From a virus (lineage: Duplodnaviria; Caudoviricetes), in the IMG/VR virus record IMGVR_UViG_2851870198_000001, positions 32,001 through 96,000 of that record: a stretch of DNA of 64,000 nucleotides; one strand, written 5' to 3'. Position 1 is the stretch's first letter; each line of letters opens with the position of its first letter. The notes beneath the pieces are model-generated. The model made no database searches. It had not been told where the DNA came from and saw nothing but the letters and a program-made list of their open reading frames with translations. A program made the position numbers and the translations under genes. This document shows positions 25,349 to 34,828 of the stretch, in pieces.

Positions 25349-25780
25349 CTACCAGCCGTGCACGGAGAACGGTTCGCCCTTGAGGTAGTGGGCGATGCCC
25401 AGTGCGTTGTACGGGACGGTGTTGTCGGGGAGTTGGTCACTGGGGTGCCAGGACAGGCCCGCGCACTTGTGGGGCTCCATGTTGCGTGGCTCGCCCTCCC
25501 AGTGCCGGGCCGCGAAGAACCAGCCGATGCGGGGCTCCCCCTCCGGGTTGCGGAAGTGCATGACGTGCACGACCCGTAGGGCCTCCCGCGCGACGATGAT
25601 GCCGGTCTCTTCCAGGCCCTCGCGGATCACGGCCTCGAACACGTCCTCGCCGTCATCGAGTTTCCCGGAGGGGAGGTTCAGCATTCCGTCGGCGTAGCCG
25701 GTGCCCTGCCGTTCGGCAAGGCACACAGCTCCGTCCCGCTCCAGGATGAGCATGACGTCGATCACGGGCTGTTGGGGCAC
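25349..25780 (-). CDS. NUDIX hydrolase
   Basis: Nudix box GKLDDGEDVFEAVIREGLEETG; EPHKC motif. Confidence 0.93.
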   Translation of the reverse strand: MPQQPVIDVMLILERDGAVCLAERQGTGYADGMLNLPSGKLDDGEDVFEAVIREGLEETGIIVAREALRVVHVMHFRNPEGEPRIGWFFAARHWEGEPRNMEPHKCAGLSWHPSDQLPDNTVPYNALGIAHYLKGEPFSVHGW

Positions 25781-25835
25781 TGTGCTTCGTCCTCCGACCG
25801 GTGGGGCGCTTGCCGGTAGGGGACTCTAGCGGCGC

Positions 25836-26450
25836 TCAGCCTGCGAGCAGCCCCATCTCTTCAACGCGTTTCACGGTCCACTGGACACGCTCCGCCGCGG
25901 TGAGGCCGAGCGGCATTTCCAGGATCGGCAGGTTCGGGACCCTGCTGAGGGTGTCGCGGATCGCGTCGTCCGCTGGGTCCTGCAGCGCGAGGACTTTCTC
26001 CCGCATGCGGTCGCCGCCGGCCTTCTGGTCGTACCGGTCGGAGCAGTACACGACCGCGTCGTACGCGTGAGGCATCCAGGCCCGGCAGAAGGCATCGGCC
26101 GCGCCCAGCACGGTCGCGGTCGCCGGTTCGGTGAGGTCCAGGACCAGGCTGGCGAGTGCCAGAACGTTCGCCGGGGTCTTGTCGGTGATGAGGACCTGGT
26201 GGTGGCGGGCGGCGCGCAGGGGCACCGTGAAGTGCTGCGCGAAGAGGTCGACCTCTGCCACGAGATCGAAGGTCCCTTGGTTGTGGAGGACGATGTCCTC
26301 CATGAACGGGCTGGTGCGGGCCGGCTCCCCGGTGCAGGCGGCGTTGATGCCCTGCTCACGCAGGTGCGCGGTCAGCGCGTGGACGAACGTCGTCTTGCCG
26401 GCCGCTTGGGTGCCTTCGACGGCGATAACGCGGCAGTCGCGGATGGGCAC
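25836..26450 (-). CDS. P-loop NMP kinase-like (thymidylate kinase/AAA_28-like) protein
   Basis: N-terminal IAVEGTQAAGKTT; TGEPAR; LITDKT; YDAVVY. Confidence 0.8.
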   Translation of the reverse strand: MPIRDCRVIAVEGTQAAGKTTFVHALTAHLREQGINAACTGEPARTSPFMEDIVLHNQGTFDLVAEVDLFAQHFTVPLRAARHHQVLITDKTPANVLALASLVLDLTEPATATVLGAADAFCRAWMPHAYDAVVYCSDRYDQKAGGDRMREKVLALQDPADDAIRDTLSRVPNLPILEMPLGLTAAERVQWTVKRVEEMGLLAG

Positions 26451-27232
26451 GAGTCCTCCAGGAGTGCGGTGAAGGTGGGAGTTTCCAGCCAGCCCCAGGC
26501 GCCTTTGGCGCCGTCGGCGATGGCTCGGTTGACGTTCAGGCCGGGGTTCGGCCGGTGGGCGAGTCCGGCGGTGAGGGCGGCGACGTAGGCCGTCGAGAGG
26601 GAGTGGCGGAGGTTCAGCACGCTGACGCGTTCACGGCCTTCGGGCTCGCCGCCCTCGATCCAACGACGGTGCCAGGCAGGCATGGACGCCTTGCGTAGCT
26701 CGGGCTGGGTGACGTCCAGGCCGAGCTCCGTGCAGACGTCCACCAGGCGGCGGGAGGCGCCGGTGAGCAGGTGGCCGGCGTCGTACCGGGTGTCCACGTA
26801 GTGGCTGGCGTTCGGGTCGGCGTCGCGGCGCTGCCGCCACTGCTCGCGGGCCTGTTGCAGGGCGGGGACGGCGTCCGTGGGGGCGTTGGCCTCCAGCACG
26901 GACAAGTCCGCGCAGAACTGGTGCCCGGTGATGATGGTGGCCGTGTCCGCGGCCGCGGTGACCGTGTCCGCGGCGTGCCGGATCATGGCGTCCATCTCCC
27001 CGGGCTCCTCGACGTAGACACTGGTCCACTCGTACGGCACGTCTGTGAGGTCGGCCGTGCCACCGGCGGGCAGGTCGAGCCAGGCGACGCTGTAGCAGAA
27101 GGGCCGCTGACCGTTCTTGATCCTGTAGTTCTTCGTCCACTCGACATCGACGGACGCGATGCGCACCGTCCCGGAGCGCAACGGCGGGGGCGCCAAGGGG
27201 CGGGCGCTGGTCAAGCTGCTCTTGATGATCAT
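26372..27232 (-). CDS. DnaQ/DEDD 3'-5' exonuclease-fold protein
   Basis: ExoI-like ASVDVEW, ExoII-like ITGHQFCADL, YVDT, RRLVDVCTELG; atypical ExoIII (NLRH). Confidence 0.6.
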   Translation of the reverse strand: MIIKSSLTSARPLAPPPLRSGTVRIASVDVEWTKNYRIKNGQRPFCYSVAWLDLPAGGTADLTDVPYEWTSVYVEEPGEMDAMIRHAADTVTAAADTATIITGHQFCADLSVLEANAPTDAVPALQQAREQWRQRRDADPNASHYVDTRYDAGHLLTGASRRLVDVCTELGLDVTQPELRKASMPAWHRRWIEGGEPEGRERVSVLNLRHSLSTAYVAALTAGLAHRPNPGLNVNRAIADGAKGAWGWLETPTFTALLEDSCPSATAALSPSKAPKRPARRRSSTR

Positions 27233-27290
27233 GGGGTGTTCCTGCCGTAGGACGGGGCCGCGCGCCCGGTGCGCGCGGCCCCGTCGGACG

Positions 27291-28079
27291 CTACTCGTTG
27301 CGCGTGGCCGCCACGCCGCCCAGGAGAGAAGGCGCTGCCTCCCACGCGGCTTCGGACAGCGCGTCGAAGATGCTCAGCGGTCCCTCCCAGTGGAGCCGGC
27401 CCGTGTGCTTGCCCCCGAGGAGCGCCGTGGTGAGCGCTGAGGACAGGACGCTTCCGGCCAGGGCGTCCGGGGAGAACGCCGCGGCCCGTTCCTCCGCGAG
27501 GGCCTCACAGGCTTCCTGCGCGCTGGCCTGCTGCTGCTCGCCGGCGAACGACTTGAGCGGGTTCAGGCCGTGCGCGCTGGCGGTGTCGCTGATGAGTCCG
27601 GCCGGGCCCAGGTCGTGGCTGGTGTCCACACACAGGGCGATTCCCCGCTCCCGGGTGGTGCGGTCCTTCCAGGCGTCGGCGATGGCGGTCACGCCCGGGT
27701 AGCGCGGCTCGCCTTCGGCGCGGGGGAGCTGCTGGAGGACGTGCAGGTCGTCGGCACCGTTGTGCCAGGCGAGGACCTGCGACTTGCGGCGGGCCTGGAC
27801 GAGGAGGACGTCGAGCTGCCGGACGATCGCCGCCGTCTCGCCCATGGCCTGCGGTAAGAGGACCCGGTACCCGAAGTTCATGAGCGGGGCGGAGACGGGA
27901 ACGGACTGGGTGCGGTGGATCTTCATGAGCACCGCGGCGGCGCCCATGAGGATCGGTTCATCCCCGGCCTCACCCCACAGCAGAGAGATACCGGTCAGCC
28001 ACGTCGCCGGTTTCTGTACGGGCCGGGTGACCGACCCGAACGGCGTTTCGGGCCAGCCGAGGTTGGTGCGTTCCAGCAC
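27291..28079 (-). CDS. Hypothetical protein, probable degenerate DnaQ-fold paralog
   Basis: VLAWHNGADDL and CVDTSHDL parallel the neighbouring gene; no DxE motif is evident. Confidence 0.55.
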   Translation of the reverse strand: MLERTNLGWPETPFGSVTRPVQKPATWLTGISLLWGEAGDEPILMGAAAVLMKIHRTQSVPVSAPLMNFGYRVLLPQAMGETAAIVRQLDVLLVQARRKSQVLAWHNGADDLHVLQQLPRAEGEPRYPGVTAIADAWKDRTTRERGIALCVDTSHDLGPAGLISDTASAHGLNPLKSFAGEQQQASAQEACEALAEERAAAFSPDALAGSVLSSALTTALLGGKHTGRLHWEGPLSIFDALSEAAWEAAPSLLGGVAATRNE

Positions 28080-28080
28080 G

Positions 28081-29058
28081 TCACACCCCCTGGGTGACGG
28101 CGTGGATTGAGCGGCCGACGTACTTGGAGATGTGGTTCTCCTTGAAGCGGTACCGCTCCCAGATGGCGCTGATGGGCTCCTCCAGGACGTTGCCCAGGTT
28201 CTCCCACAGGTCCGGCGCGTCGTAGACCGGCCACGCGCGGGCGATGCCGTTCGGCTCCACGACGATCATGTGCCCCTCGTTCTCGGGGGTCCACGCCGTC
28301 AGCCGCAGTGCCGGGGACCACTGCATCTCAGCGCGCTGCTCCTTGAGCCGCGCGAACGTGGTCTCGGCTTCCTCGGTGGTGATGAACTCGTGGTCGGCGA
28401 GGTTCAGCGCGTTGCCCTTGCGCAGGGGCAGGATCAGCTTGACCTTCGTGGCGTCCAGGACGTCGGCGATCTGCACGGTGTACGGCAGCACCGACAGGGT
28501 GGAGCGGTAGACCACGGCCGACAAGGCGAGGGGGATGCCGGCCTCTTGCAGCACCCGCACGCCGGCCATCGTCTTGTCGTAGTCGCCACGGACGCGTTTG
28601 AAAGCGGCGCGGGGTCCCTCGAACCCGACATTGGCGTATGCGATCTTGTCGGCGATGTTCTTCGCGTGGTCGAGGGCGTGTGTGGCGTTCGTGGGCACGG
28701 CCACGATGTGGTGCCCGTGGAAGATGTCCACGACCTCGCTGAAGTCTTTCCGCATCAGCGGCTCACCGCCGGACAGGAAGACCCGGCTGACGCCGGAGAG
28801 GTTCTGGCGGATGGTGTCGAGCTGGTCGAGGGTGGGGTCCGGCATCTGCAGGGTTTCGGAGCAGAACGAGCAGTCGAAGTCACAGCGCTTGGTGACCTGC
28901 ACGATCACTGACAGCGGCGCGGTGAGCGAGTCCGCGATGGCCTTGATGCTGAGGTCTGCCGGGGCGTCGAAGTGCTGGCCGTTGAAGGCGTATCCGACGC
29001 CTCCGCCGAGTTCCTGCCGGTTCTGCCTGGGGATATCGGGCATTCCGAGGTCGGTCAC
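28081..29058 (-). CDS. Radical SAM protein (325 aa) with Cys-less SPASM/twitch-like tail
   Basis: CDFDCSFC, LSGGEPL, VPTN; GGAGG RBS before GTG 29058. Confidence 0.93.
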   Translation of the reverse strand: MTDLGMPDIPRQNRQELGGGVGYAFNGQHFDAPADLSIKAIADSLTAPLSVIVQVTKRCDFDCSFCSETLQMPDPTLDQLDTIRQNLSGVSRVFLSGGEPLMRKDFSEVVDIFHGHHIVAVPTNATHALDHAKNIADKIAYANVGFEGPRAAFKRVRGDYDKTMAGVRVLQEAGIPLALSAVVYRSTLSVLPYTVQIADVLDATKVKLILPLRKGNALNLADHEFITTEEAETTFARLKEQRAEMQWSPALRLTAWTPENEGHMIVVEPNGIARAWPVYDAPDLWENLGNVLEEPISAIWERYRFKENHISKYVGRSIHAVTQGV

Positions 29059-29213
29059 GGTTCCTCCGTGTTCAGTTGGATGGAGCAGAACGGCCCGGCG
29101 CGGGGCGATGACCTGCCGTGGGGGAACACGGATCGGGCAGTTCGTTCCCGCGCCGGGAGTTGTGCCTGTCCGGCGGCTCGGCCAGGGGACATCCGGGCCG
29201 CCGGACAGGGGCT

Positions 29214-29903
29214 TTATGCGGTGCGCTCCAACTCCCACAGCAGTTGGTCCAGGCCGACGGCCCGGAAGGAGCCGAGTCGGCGCACCATTTGGGAGGCGAG
29301 GATGGTCGGCAGGAGTTTGTGGCCGTACGGGATCGGCCCGTCGGGGCGCTGCACGACCTGCACGCCGTGTTCGCCGTAGCCGTAGCCGACGCCGTTCACC
29401 CCGTACATGGGCGCGCTCTGCGCGAGGAACACCATCGGGTCGGGTGTGAGGTGCGGGCACAGGTCGGCGGCGGGGCGTGCGTGCTGGGCACACACCGGCG
29501 GCTGGTTCGTGAGGATCACCGGCTGCGCGGGGTCCACGGTGTCCGGGCCGGCGAGGAAGATGAACCCGAGCGGAGTCCGGGCGGGCTCGGCGCAGACCTG
29601 GCAGCGCAGCGCTTGCATGCAGCCGCGTTGCCGCAGGGGGTGCATCATCCGCCACTGCGGCCGGCCCGTCGGCCGTCCCTGGTCATCGACCGGGCCGAGC
29701 CCGCAGCGCGCCCACAGCACGCCGCGCAGGTCACGGTCGCGGGGGTCTTCGTCGGCGTAGCGCAGCCGGTAGCGGTCCGGCCCGATCGTGGTCAGCATCA
29801 GGTTGTCGGGGGCGGCTTCCTCGCCCTCGCGCTGGATGACGAACGGGACGATGCGGGAGTCGGGGAGCACGGTGGTCTTTCTCGTGGTGCGGTTGGTGGT
29901 CAC
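29214..29903 (-). CDS. Conserved actinobacterial hypothetical protein (CQVC...C)
   Basis: GTGA coupling to the upstream gene; HPLRQR..M..LRCQVC; QPPVC. Confidence 0.7.
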   Translation of the reverse strand: MTTNRTTRKTTVLPDSRIVPFVIQREGEEAAPDNLMLTTIGPDRYRLRYADEDPRDRDLRGVLWARCGLGPVDDQGRPTGRPQWRMMHPLRQRGCMQALRCQVCAEPARTPLGFIFLAGPDTVDPAQPVILTNQPPVCAQHARPAADLCPHLTPDPMVFLAQSAPMYGVNGVGYGYGEHGVQVVQRPDGPIPYGHKLLPTILASQMVRRLGSFRAVGLDQLLWELERTA

Positions 29904-30325
29904 GCGGCCTCCTTGAGGCAGCGGATGGCGGCAAGCCGGTCGTGGAGTTCGTTGACGGTCCACCCCAGCCGGCGCAGGTGCGCTATCTCCGCCTGGCGGC
30001 CGTGAGGCAGGGGATCGGTGTGCAGGGCGCGGGCGCGCAGGACGAGCTGCGCCGCGGCGGTGTCCCGCTCGGCCTCGCCCGCCACGGCGATGGTGACCAG
30101 CCGGGCGAGGTGCTCGCGGAGCCGGTCGGCGAGCTGGGCGGTCTCTCCTTCGGCCGGGGGGACGTCGTCCAGGACGGCGGCCACGTCGTCCAGCAGGGCG
30201 CCACCGTCGAACGCGGTCCAGCCGCGAAGCCGGTCCAGCACGGTGGTGAGCTGCCCGCTGTCCAGGGGCGGCGTCCACGGGCGGACGGGACGCGTGAAGC
30301 GGGGGACGGTGTTGCGGGCGGTCAT
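29900..30325 (-). CDS. DUF6415-like helical protein
   Basis: LREHLARLV...HLRRLGW pattern; translationally coupled on both sides. Confidence 0.6.
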   Translation of the reverse strand: MTARNTVPRFTRPVRPWTPPLDSGQLTTVLDRLRGWTAFDGGALLDDVAAVLDDVPPAEGETAQLADRLREHLARLVTIAVAGEAERDTAAAQLVLRARALHTDPLPHGRQAEIAHLRRLGWTVNELHDRLAAIRCLKEAA

Positions 30326-30882
30326 GGCCTGCCGTCCACGGCGAGGGTGCACCAGGTGGTGGTGCCGTTCTGCTCTGTTCCCCATGTGCCGCCGTGAGCA
30401 GCGGCGAGGCAGTTGACGAGGAAGAGGCCGCGACCGCGCTCGGCGTCGTCGGGGGCGTTGCGCGCGACCGGCTGGCCGGGTGTCTCACCGTGGACGGCCA
30501 GGCGCAGGACGCCGTCCCGCACCGTCACGGTCATGGTGATCTGATTACCGTCACCGTGCTGGATGGCGTTGGTGACGAGTTCGGAGACGATGAGCGTGGC
30601 GTCGTCCACGAGGGCCTCAAGGCCGCAGTAGCGCAGCCGGGCCGCGGTCAACTTCCGGGCCATCCCCACCCGGCGCGCGTCCCGTTCGGGGATCTCGCCC
30701 CCGGCGCGGGGCGGACAGACCTCGAAGCACACGCTCATCCGGTCGTCGTCCCGCCGCAGGGGCTCGGGAAGGCCGTGGTCGGGGAGTAACCGGTCCGCCG
30801 CAGGCGCTGTCAGGGGAAGAGCAGCGGCTTCTAAGGCGCTTCGACGGGTGCGCCCCGGGGCCGGGAAGTGGGCAGTCGTCAT
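30322..30882 (-). CDS. HATPase_c (RsbW/AbaA-like) ATP-binding protein
   Basis: LIVSELVTNAIQHG, ERGRGLFLV; two in-frame TTA codons. Confidence 0.88.
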   Translation of the reverse strand: MTTAHFPAPGRTRRSALEAAALPLTAPAADRLLPDHGLPEPLRRDDDRMSVCFEVCPPRAGGEIPERDARRVGMARKLTAARLRYCGLEALVDDATLIVSELVTNAIQHGDGNQITMTVTVRDGVLRLAVHGETPGQPVARNAPDDAERGRGLFLVNCLAAAHGGTWGTEQNGTTTWCTLAVDGRP

Positions 30883-30988
30883 GGTCGGCTCCATGTCGAA
30901 ATGGCGTGTGACGACATGGTGGCTAACCGTGAAGGCCCCAACTATCAGTACTTGTTGATAGTTGGGGCCAAGGCTTCACCCGGCGTGA

Positions 30989-32185
30989 CTAGTGGGCGGG
31001 TGCGGGGCCCAGCCACGACCCGTAGGACAGGAAGCTGTCTGGGAGGCGGCGGTGAGCGGCCTCCAGCCCGGCGTACGTCTCCCGCACGGTCGGGTGGTAC
31101 TTCGCCTGCTGCGGGGCGGCCTTGCGCGCCTTGAGCAGGTTCTCGAAGGAGGCGTCGATGTTGCCCGTCCACAGCAGGGAGCGGGCGACCTCTGCGTAGT
31201 GGTGGCTGGTCCGGGAGTTGGGCCACGAGTCCGGGATGTACGTGGTGCGGGCGGCCTCCACGGACTCGCCGTACTGGTCCAGCTCGGCGAGGACGGAGAC
31301 GCGGTGGACGCCCACGTTGGTCGGACCGAAGGCGAGCCAGTGGACCTTCATCGCTTCGCCGGTCTCGCTCGCGATCTGCTCGGCTTCACCGAGGTGGACG
31401 TGCGCTTCGTCCGCGTCGTGCGCCCGGCCGGCCAGCACCGCGGCGCCCAGGTGGAGCTGCCCGGTGACGACACGGCGTTCGCGGGTGGGCTCGGCCTGTT
31501 CCAGGGTGGTCAGGCCGAGACGCACCAGGCGGGTGCCGGTGCGGTACTTGCCCTCACGCAGGTAGGTCAGGGCGCGCAGGTACTGGTACATGCCGCCCAG
31601 GACGGCGTCTGACCCACGCTGGGCGGCCCAGTCGAGGCGGGCCAGCGCGAGCTGGGCGAGGTCGGGATAGCCCAGCTTCGCCGCGACGTCGTAGGCCGTC
31701 CGGTAGAAGCTCGCCAGTGTCAGCCAGCCCTCCCGGGTCTGAGCGGTGTGCGCGGCCGTCGTGCCTTCCTCGATGAGACTCGAGACTCGCGACGCGGCGC
31801 TCTTGATGTTCCCCGCCCGTACATCCGCGCAGAGCCGTTCCGCTTCGCGGTGCAGTTCCTCCGGTCGGCGGGCCTGGACGTCGGGGTCGGGGCCCAGGTC
31901 GTACACGTCGAGGGCTTCACGGATCGGCCTTATCAGCACGTCGAGTTGGTCGGCGCGCAACTCGTCGGCGTAGGGCTGACCCTGAATGGTCACCACTTCC
32001 ACGCGCAGCGCGCGGGCGCACGCCCCCACGACGTGCGGGGAGGCAGGGATGACGCCTTGCTCAACCTTCGTCAGGGTGCTGTACGGGATGTTCGCGAGCT
32101 CGCTGAGGGCTCTTTGCGTCAATCCCCGTTCGCGGCGCAGACGGGCGATTCGAGTACCGGTGTGGTCTTGCGGCAGAGCGTGCAT
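30989..32185 (-). CDS. XRE-family HTH regulator with helical/TPR-like C-terminus
   Basis: RIARLRRERGLTQRALSE...LTKVEQG; FGPTNV..H motif; AGGAG RBS. Confidence 0.9.
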   Translation of the reverse strand: MHALPQDHTGTRIARLRRERGLTQRALSELANIPYSTLTKVEQGVIPASPHVVGACARALRVEVVTIQGQPYADELRADQLDVLIRPIREALDVYDLGPDPDVQARRPEELHREAERLCADVRAGNIKSAASRVSSLIEEGTTAAHTAQTREGWLTLASFYRTAYDVAAKLGYPDLAQLALARLDWAAQRGSDAVLGGMYQYLRALTYLREGKYRTGTRLVRLGLTTLEQAEPTRERRVVTGQLHLGAAVLAGRAHDADEAHVHLGEAEQIASETGEAMKVHWLAFGPTNVGVHRVSVLAELDQYGESVEAARTTYIPDSWPNSRTSHHYAEVARSLLWTGNIDASFENLLKARKAAPQQAKYHPTVRETYAGLEAAHRRLPDSFLSYGSWLGPAPAH

Positions 32186-32248
32186 ACTGGCTCCTGTTCT
32201 GCTTCGACACCAGAACCGTACCCGCGGTCGGCTCCGCCGGTACACGAA

Positions 32249-32280
32249 TAGCCCCACCGCTCACACCGAGTGGTGGGGCT
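32249..32280 (-). terminator. Hairpin downstream of recombinase
   Basis: AGCCCCACC...GGTGGGGCT inverted repeat. Confidence 0.5.
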
Positions 32281-32294
32281 TCGTGTTCCGCTTG

Positions 32295-33500
32295 TCAGGC
32301 GGGTTCCGTGTGACCGCCGAGCGGAACCTTCGACAGTGGGTCGTCCTCCGGTTTGATCAGGGTGCGGTCGTAGACCGTGTCAGCCGTGGTCGACCCTGCC
32401 GCCCAGCGGCCGCGTCGGTTCCGTTCCCGCAGCGGTACCCCGGCCGCGATCATGTCGGTGTTCGGGCCGGCCCGCAGACTGTGCGCGCGGACCTTCTTCC
32501 CGCCCAGGTACGGGATTCCGGCGCGGCTGGCGAGCAGCTGCACACGCTCGTTGACCGCGCCGCCCTTCATCCGTTCGCCGCGCCGGGTGGCGAGCTTGCG
32601 GTTGGCGAGCCGGCCGGTGACGGTCAGGGCCCGGAAGACGGGCTGTGCCGGGGCGTCGGCGTCGAGCTCCTTGAGTACCGCGAACCAGGCCTTCGCGCGG
32701 TGGACCAGGCGGATGTCGTCGCGGTCGGCGATGAACTCCGTGGCGCCCTTGGCCTGCCGGTCCGTCTTGGACGTCGCCGTGGTGACGAGCAGCCCGGTGG
32801 GCAGGATCTTCACCTGTTTGACGAGTAGGTCCGTGAGCTCGGCGCGGCGGTGCAGGTTGGAGTAGGCCAGCGTCAGCATGAACGCGTCCCGCTTGCCGAT
32901 GTTCGTGGACTCGTCGCATTGCTCCAGGCACTTGAGCAGGTAGGGGAGGGTGAGCGCGGCCGCGCGGTCGACCTCCCCGCCGGCGGCCGCCCACTCCTGC
33001 CGCCACCGCCGGATCTTCCCGCGGACGCGCGTGGGGTCGGGCCGCATGTCGGCCGGCTGCCAGTTCCAGATGCGGCTCATGTACTGGCTGACCGTGTCCG
33101 GCTTGAACTCCCCGCCCTTTCCGCGGCGGATGAGGTGCAGGCCGTAGGAGGTATACGTCGCCGTGGTGCACGGATACGCCACCCGCGGCGGCTCCTGCCG
33201 CGCGCACCACTGCTGGAAGGCGCGGATGGTGGAGTCGCGGTTGATCCGCGTGTTCTCGGCGAGGTCGGGTTCGGCGAGGTCTTCCTTGTCCTCCTCGGTG
33301 ATGCGGAAGTCGTCCTCTGTCCACGGCGGCCGCTCGTCGGCGCGGGGCGGCATCTCGCCGGGGGCGAGCATCGTGTGCCGGGTGAAGAGGTAGCGCACCG
33401 GCTCCGGCTGCTGTTCGGAGCCGACGAGTTCGGCGTCGATGACCTCCAGCTCGGCGCCGCCGGGTTCGAGGTTCAGTCGCTCCAGTCGCTCGATGGTCAC
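32295..33500 (-). CDS. Cre-like tyrosine recombinase
   Basis: LHRRAEL (R), SKTD (K), HSLRAG (HxxR), GRW (W), TVY (Y); GTG 33500 coupled to upstream stop. Confidence 0.9.
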   Translation of the reverse strand: MTIERLERLNLEPGGAELEVIDAELVGSEQQPEPVRYLFTRHTMLAPGEMPPRADERPPWTEDDFRITEEDKEDLAEPDLAENTRINRDSTIRAFQQWCARQEPPRVAYPCTTATYTSYGLHLIRRGKGGEFKPDTVSQYMSRIWNWQPADMRPDPTRVRGKIRRWRQEWAAAGGEVDRAAALTLPYLLKCLEQCDESTNIGKRDAFMLTLAYSNLHRRAELTDLLVKQVKILPTGLLVTTATSKTDRQAKGATEFIADRDDIRLVHRAKAWFAVLKELDADAPAQPVFRALTVTGRLANRKLATRRGERMKGGAVNERVQLLASRAGIPYLGGKKVRAHSLRAGPNTDMIAAGVPLRERNRRGRWAAGSTTADTVYDRTLIKPEDDPLSKVPLGGHTEPA

Positions 33501-33832
33501 CGCGCGGCCTCGACCGGGTAGTCGGGATGGCTCCTCCAACGCTCGGCTTCCCCGCGGTACCAGGCCAGCTTGCGGACGGCGCCGACGATGTCCCCGTGGT
33601 GAAGGGACTCCTCCGCCGCGCCGAGTGCGTACCCGATCGACTCCCAGAACCGCGGTTCGGTGATCTGCTCCTGGGCGCGGGCCTTCACGAACTTGTGCAT
33701 GGCGGTGATCTTGGCGTGCATCTCGGTGAAGGCGTCGGCGTCGGCCGGGGCGGCGATGGGCGATCCGTGGGGCGGCGCTTCGGTTGGCTCCGGCCGGAAT
33801 CCCTGCGGGCTGTACCCCCGTCGCTCGGTCAC
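33497..33832 (-). CDS. Hypothetical protein
   Basis: GTGA coupling; protein-like composition from GTG 33832. Confidence 0.6.
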   Translation of the reverse strand: MTERRGYSPQGFRPEPTEAPPHGSPIAAPADADAFTEMHAKITAMHKFVKARAQEQITEPRFWESIGYALGAAEESLHHGDIVGAVRKLAWYRGEAERWRSHPDYPVEAAR

Positions 33833-34194
33833 GAGTCGGCTCCGTCCTGGAGGTCGGCGGGCTTGCGGAAGCCGAAGGAGGCGATGGCGTCTGGCCTGTC
33901 CACCCAGCCGTCTGCCCACGCGGTGAGATTGCCTGCTGCATCGGTGTCCAGCTTGATCACTCGCATGATCGGGTACATCTCGGCGGGGTGCTCGACGTGG
34001 CCGAGGTGCGCCAGGCGGTCGGCGGCCGGCACCGGCCCGCTGCCGGCGCGCGGCTTCCATCCGGTTTCGCTGATGTGCGGGTAGTTTTCTGCCCTTTCAT
34101 GGAGAGCCCGCTTGGCGGCCGGGTCGGCGGAGGTGCGCATCCGGCCGAGCGTGGGATGGCTGTCGGGCTGCTGCGGGCTGGTCTGGTCGGTCAC
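33829..34194 (-). CDS. Hypothetical protein
   Basis: GGGAGG RBS; first gene of the recombinase operon. Confidence 0.65.
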   Translation of the reverse strand: MTDQTSPQQPDSHPTLGRMRTSADPAAKRALHERAENYPHISETGWKPRAGSGPVPAADRLAHLGHVEHPAEMYPIMRVIKLDTDAAGNLTAWADGWVDRPDAIASFGFRKPADLQDGADS

Positions 34195-34375
34195 TGTGAC
34201 CCCTCCCCAGGTGGCGACTATTCCAAATAGAATAACCGGTAAGGGTGTCCTAACTGGGTTACGGCGCGCCGGAGTTAATCAGTCAAACCCTGGGAAAACC
34301 CTGCACTCGCAGGGCGGGGTGTGCCATCCTTCTAACCCGGATTGAACCCGGGTTAGTTAGCTGAGAGGCGTTCTC

Positions 34376-34828
34376 GTGGAAATCACGATCAAGGTCCCCG
34401 ACCCCGCACCGCCGGAGATCATCACAGCGCTCGCCGACCTCATGGCGCGCATCGGCGGCGACGCCACGGTCACGACCGACACCGAATGGACCGTCGACCG
34501 CGCCGTGAAGCTCCTGCGCGACACCAACGCCCGCACGCTCGTGCTGGTGGAGGCAGCGGTCGAGGGGGAGGGCTGGGTCGACGGGCCGTCCTTCCGCGAG
34601 AAGTACGGCGAGAACGCACTGCGCGGCCCGTCCCAGACCATCACCAAGGCCATCCGCCGCGGCGCCGAACGAGGCGACTGGTCCCCCGAGATCACCCCGC
34701 CGTTCAAGGCGACCACGCCCGACAAAGAGGGCTGGTCCAAGACCGGCGGCTACTACCTCGCCGAGGGGCTGCTGCCCATCTTCACCGAGGCCTGGAACAT
34801 CCTGAAGGAGAAGGGCGTCAAGCCGTGA
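34376..34828 (+). CDS. Hypothetical protein (possible winged helix)
   Basis: GAGAGG RBS, strong GC3 bias. Confidence 0.7.
   Translation: MEITIKVPDPAPPEIITALADLMARIGGDATVTTDTEWTVDRAVKLLRDTNARTLVLVEAAVEGEGWVDGPSFREKYGENALRGPSQTITKAIRRGAERGDWSPEITPPFKATTPDKEGWSKTGGYYLAEGLLPIFTEAWNILKEKGVKP

Noticed and set aside
28081-29058. Calling the radical SAM a viperin or PqqE/MftC
   Set aside because: No viperin NYH/SY signatures, no SPASM cysteines and no visible precursor peptide or PqqD partner
29059-29655. N-terminal extension of the radical SAM ORF in the track (524 aa)
   Set aside because: R/P-rich, overlaps another gene; a good RBS supports GTG 29058
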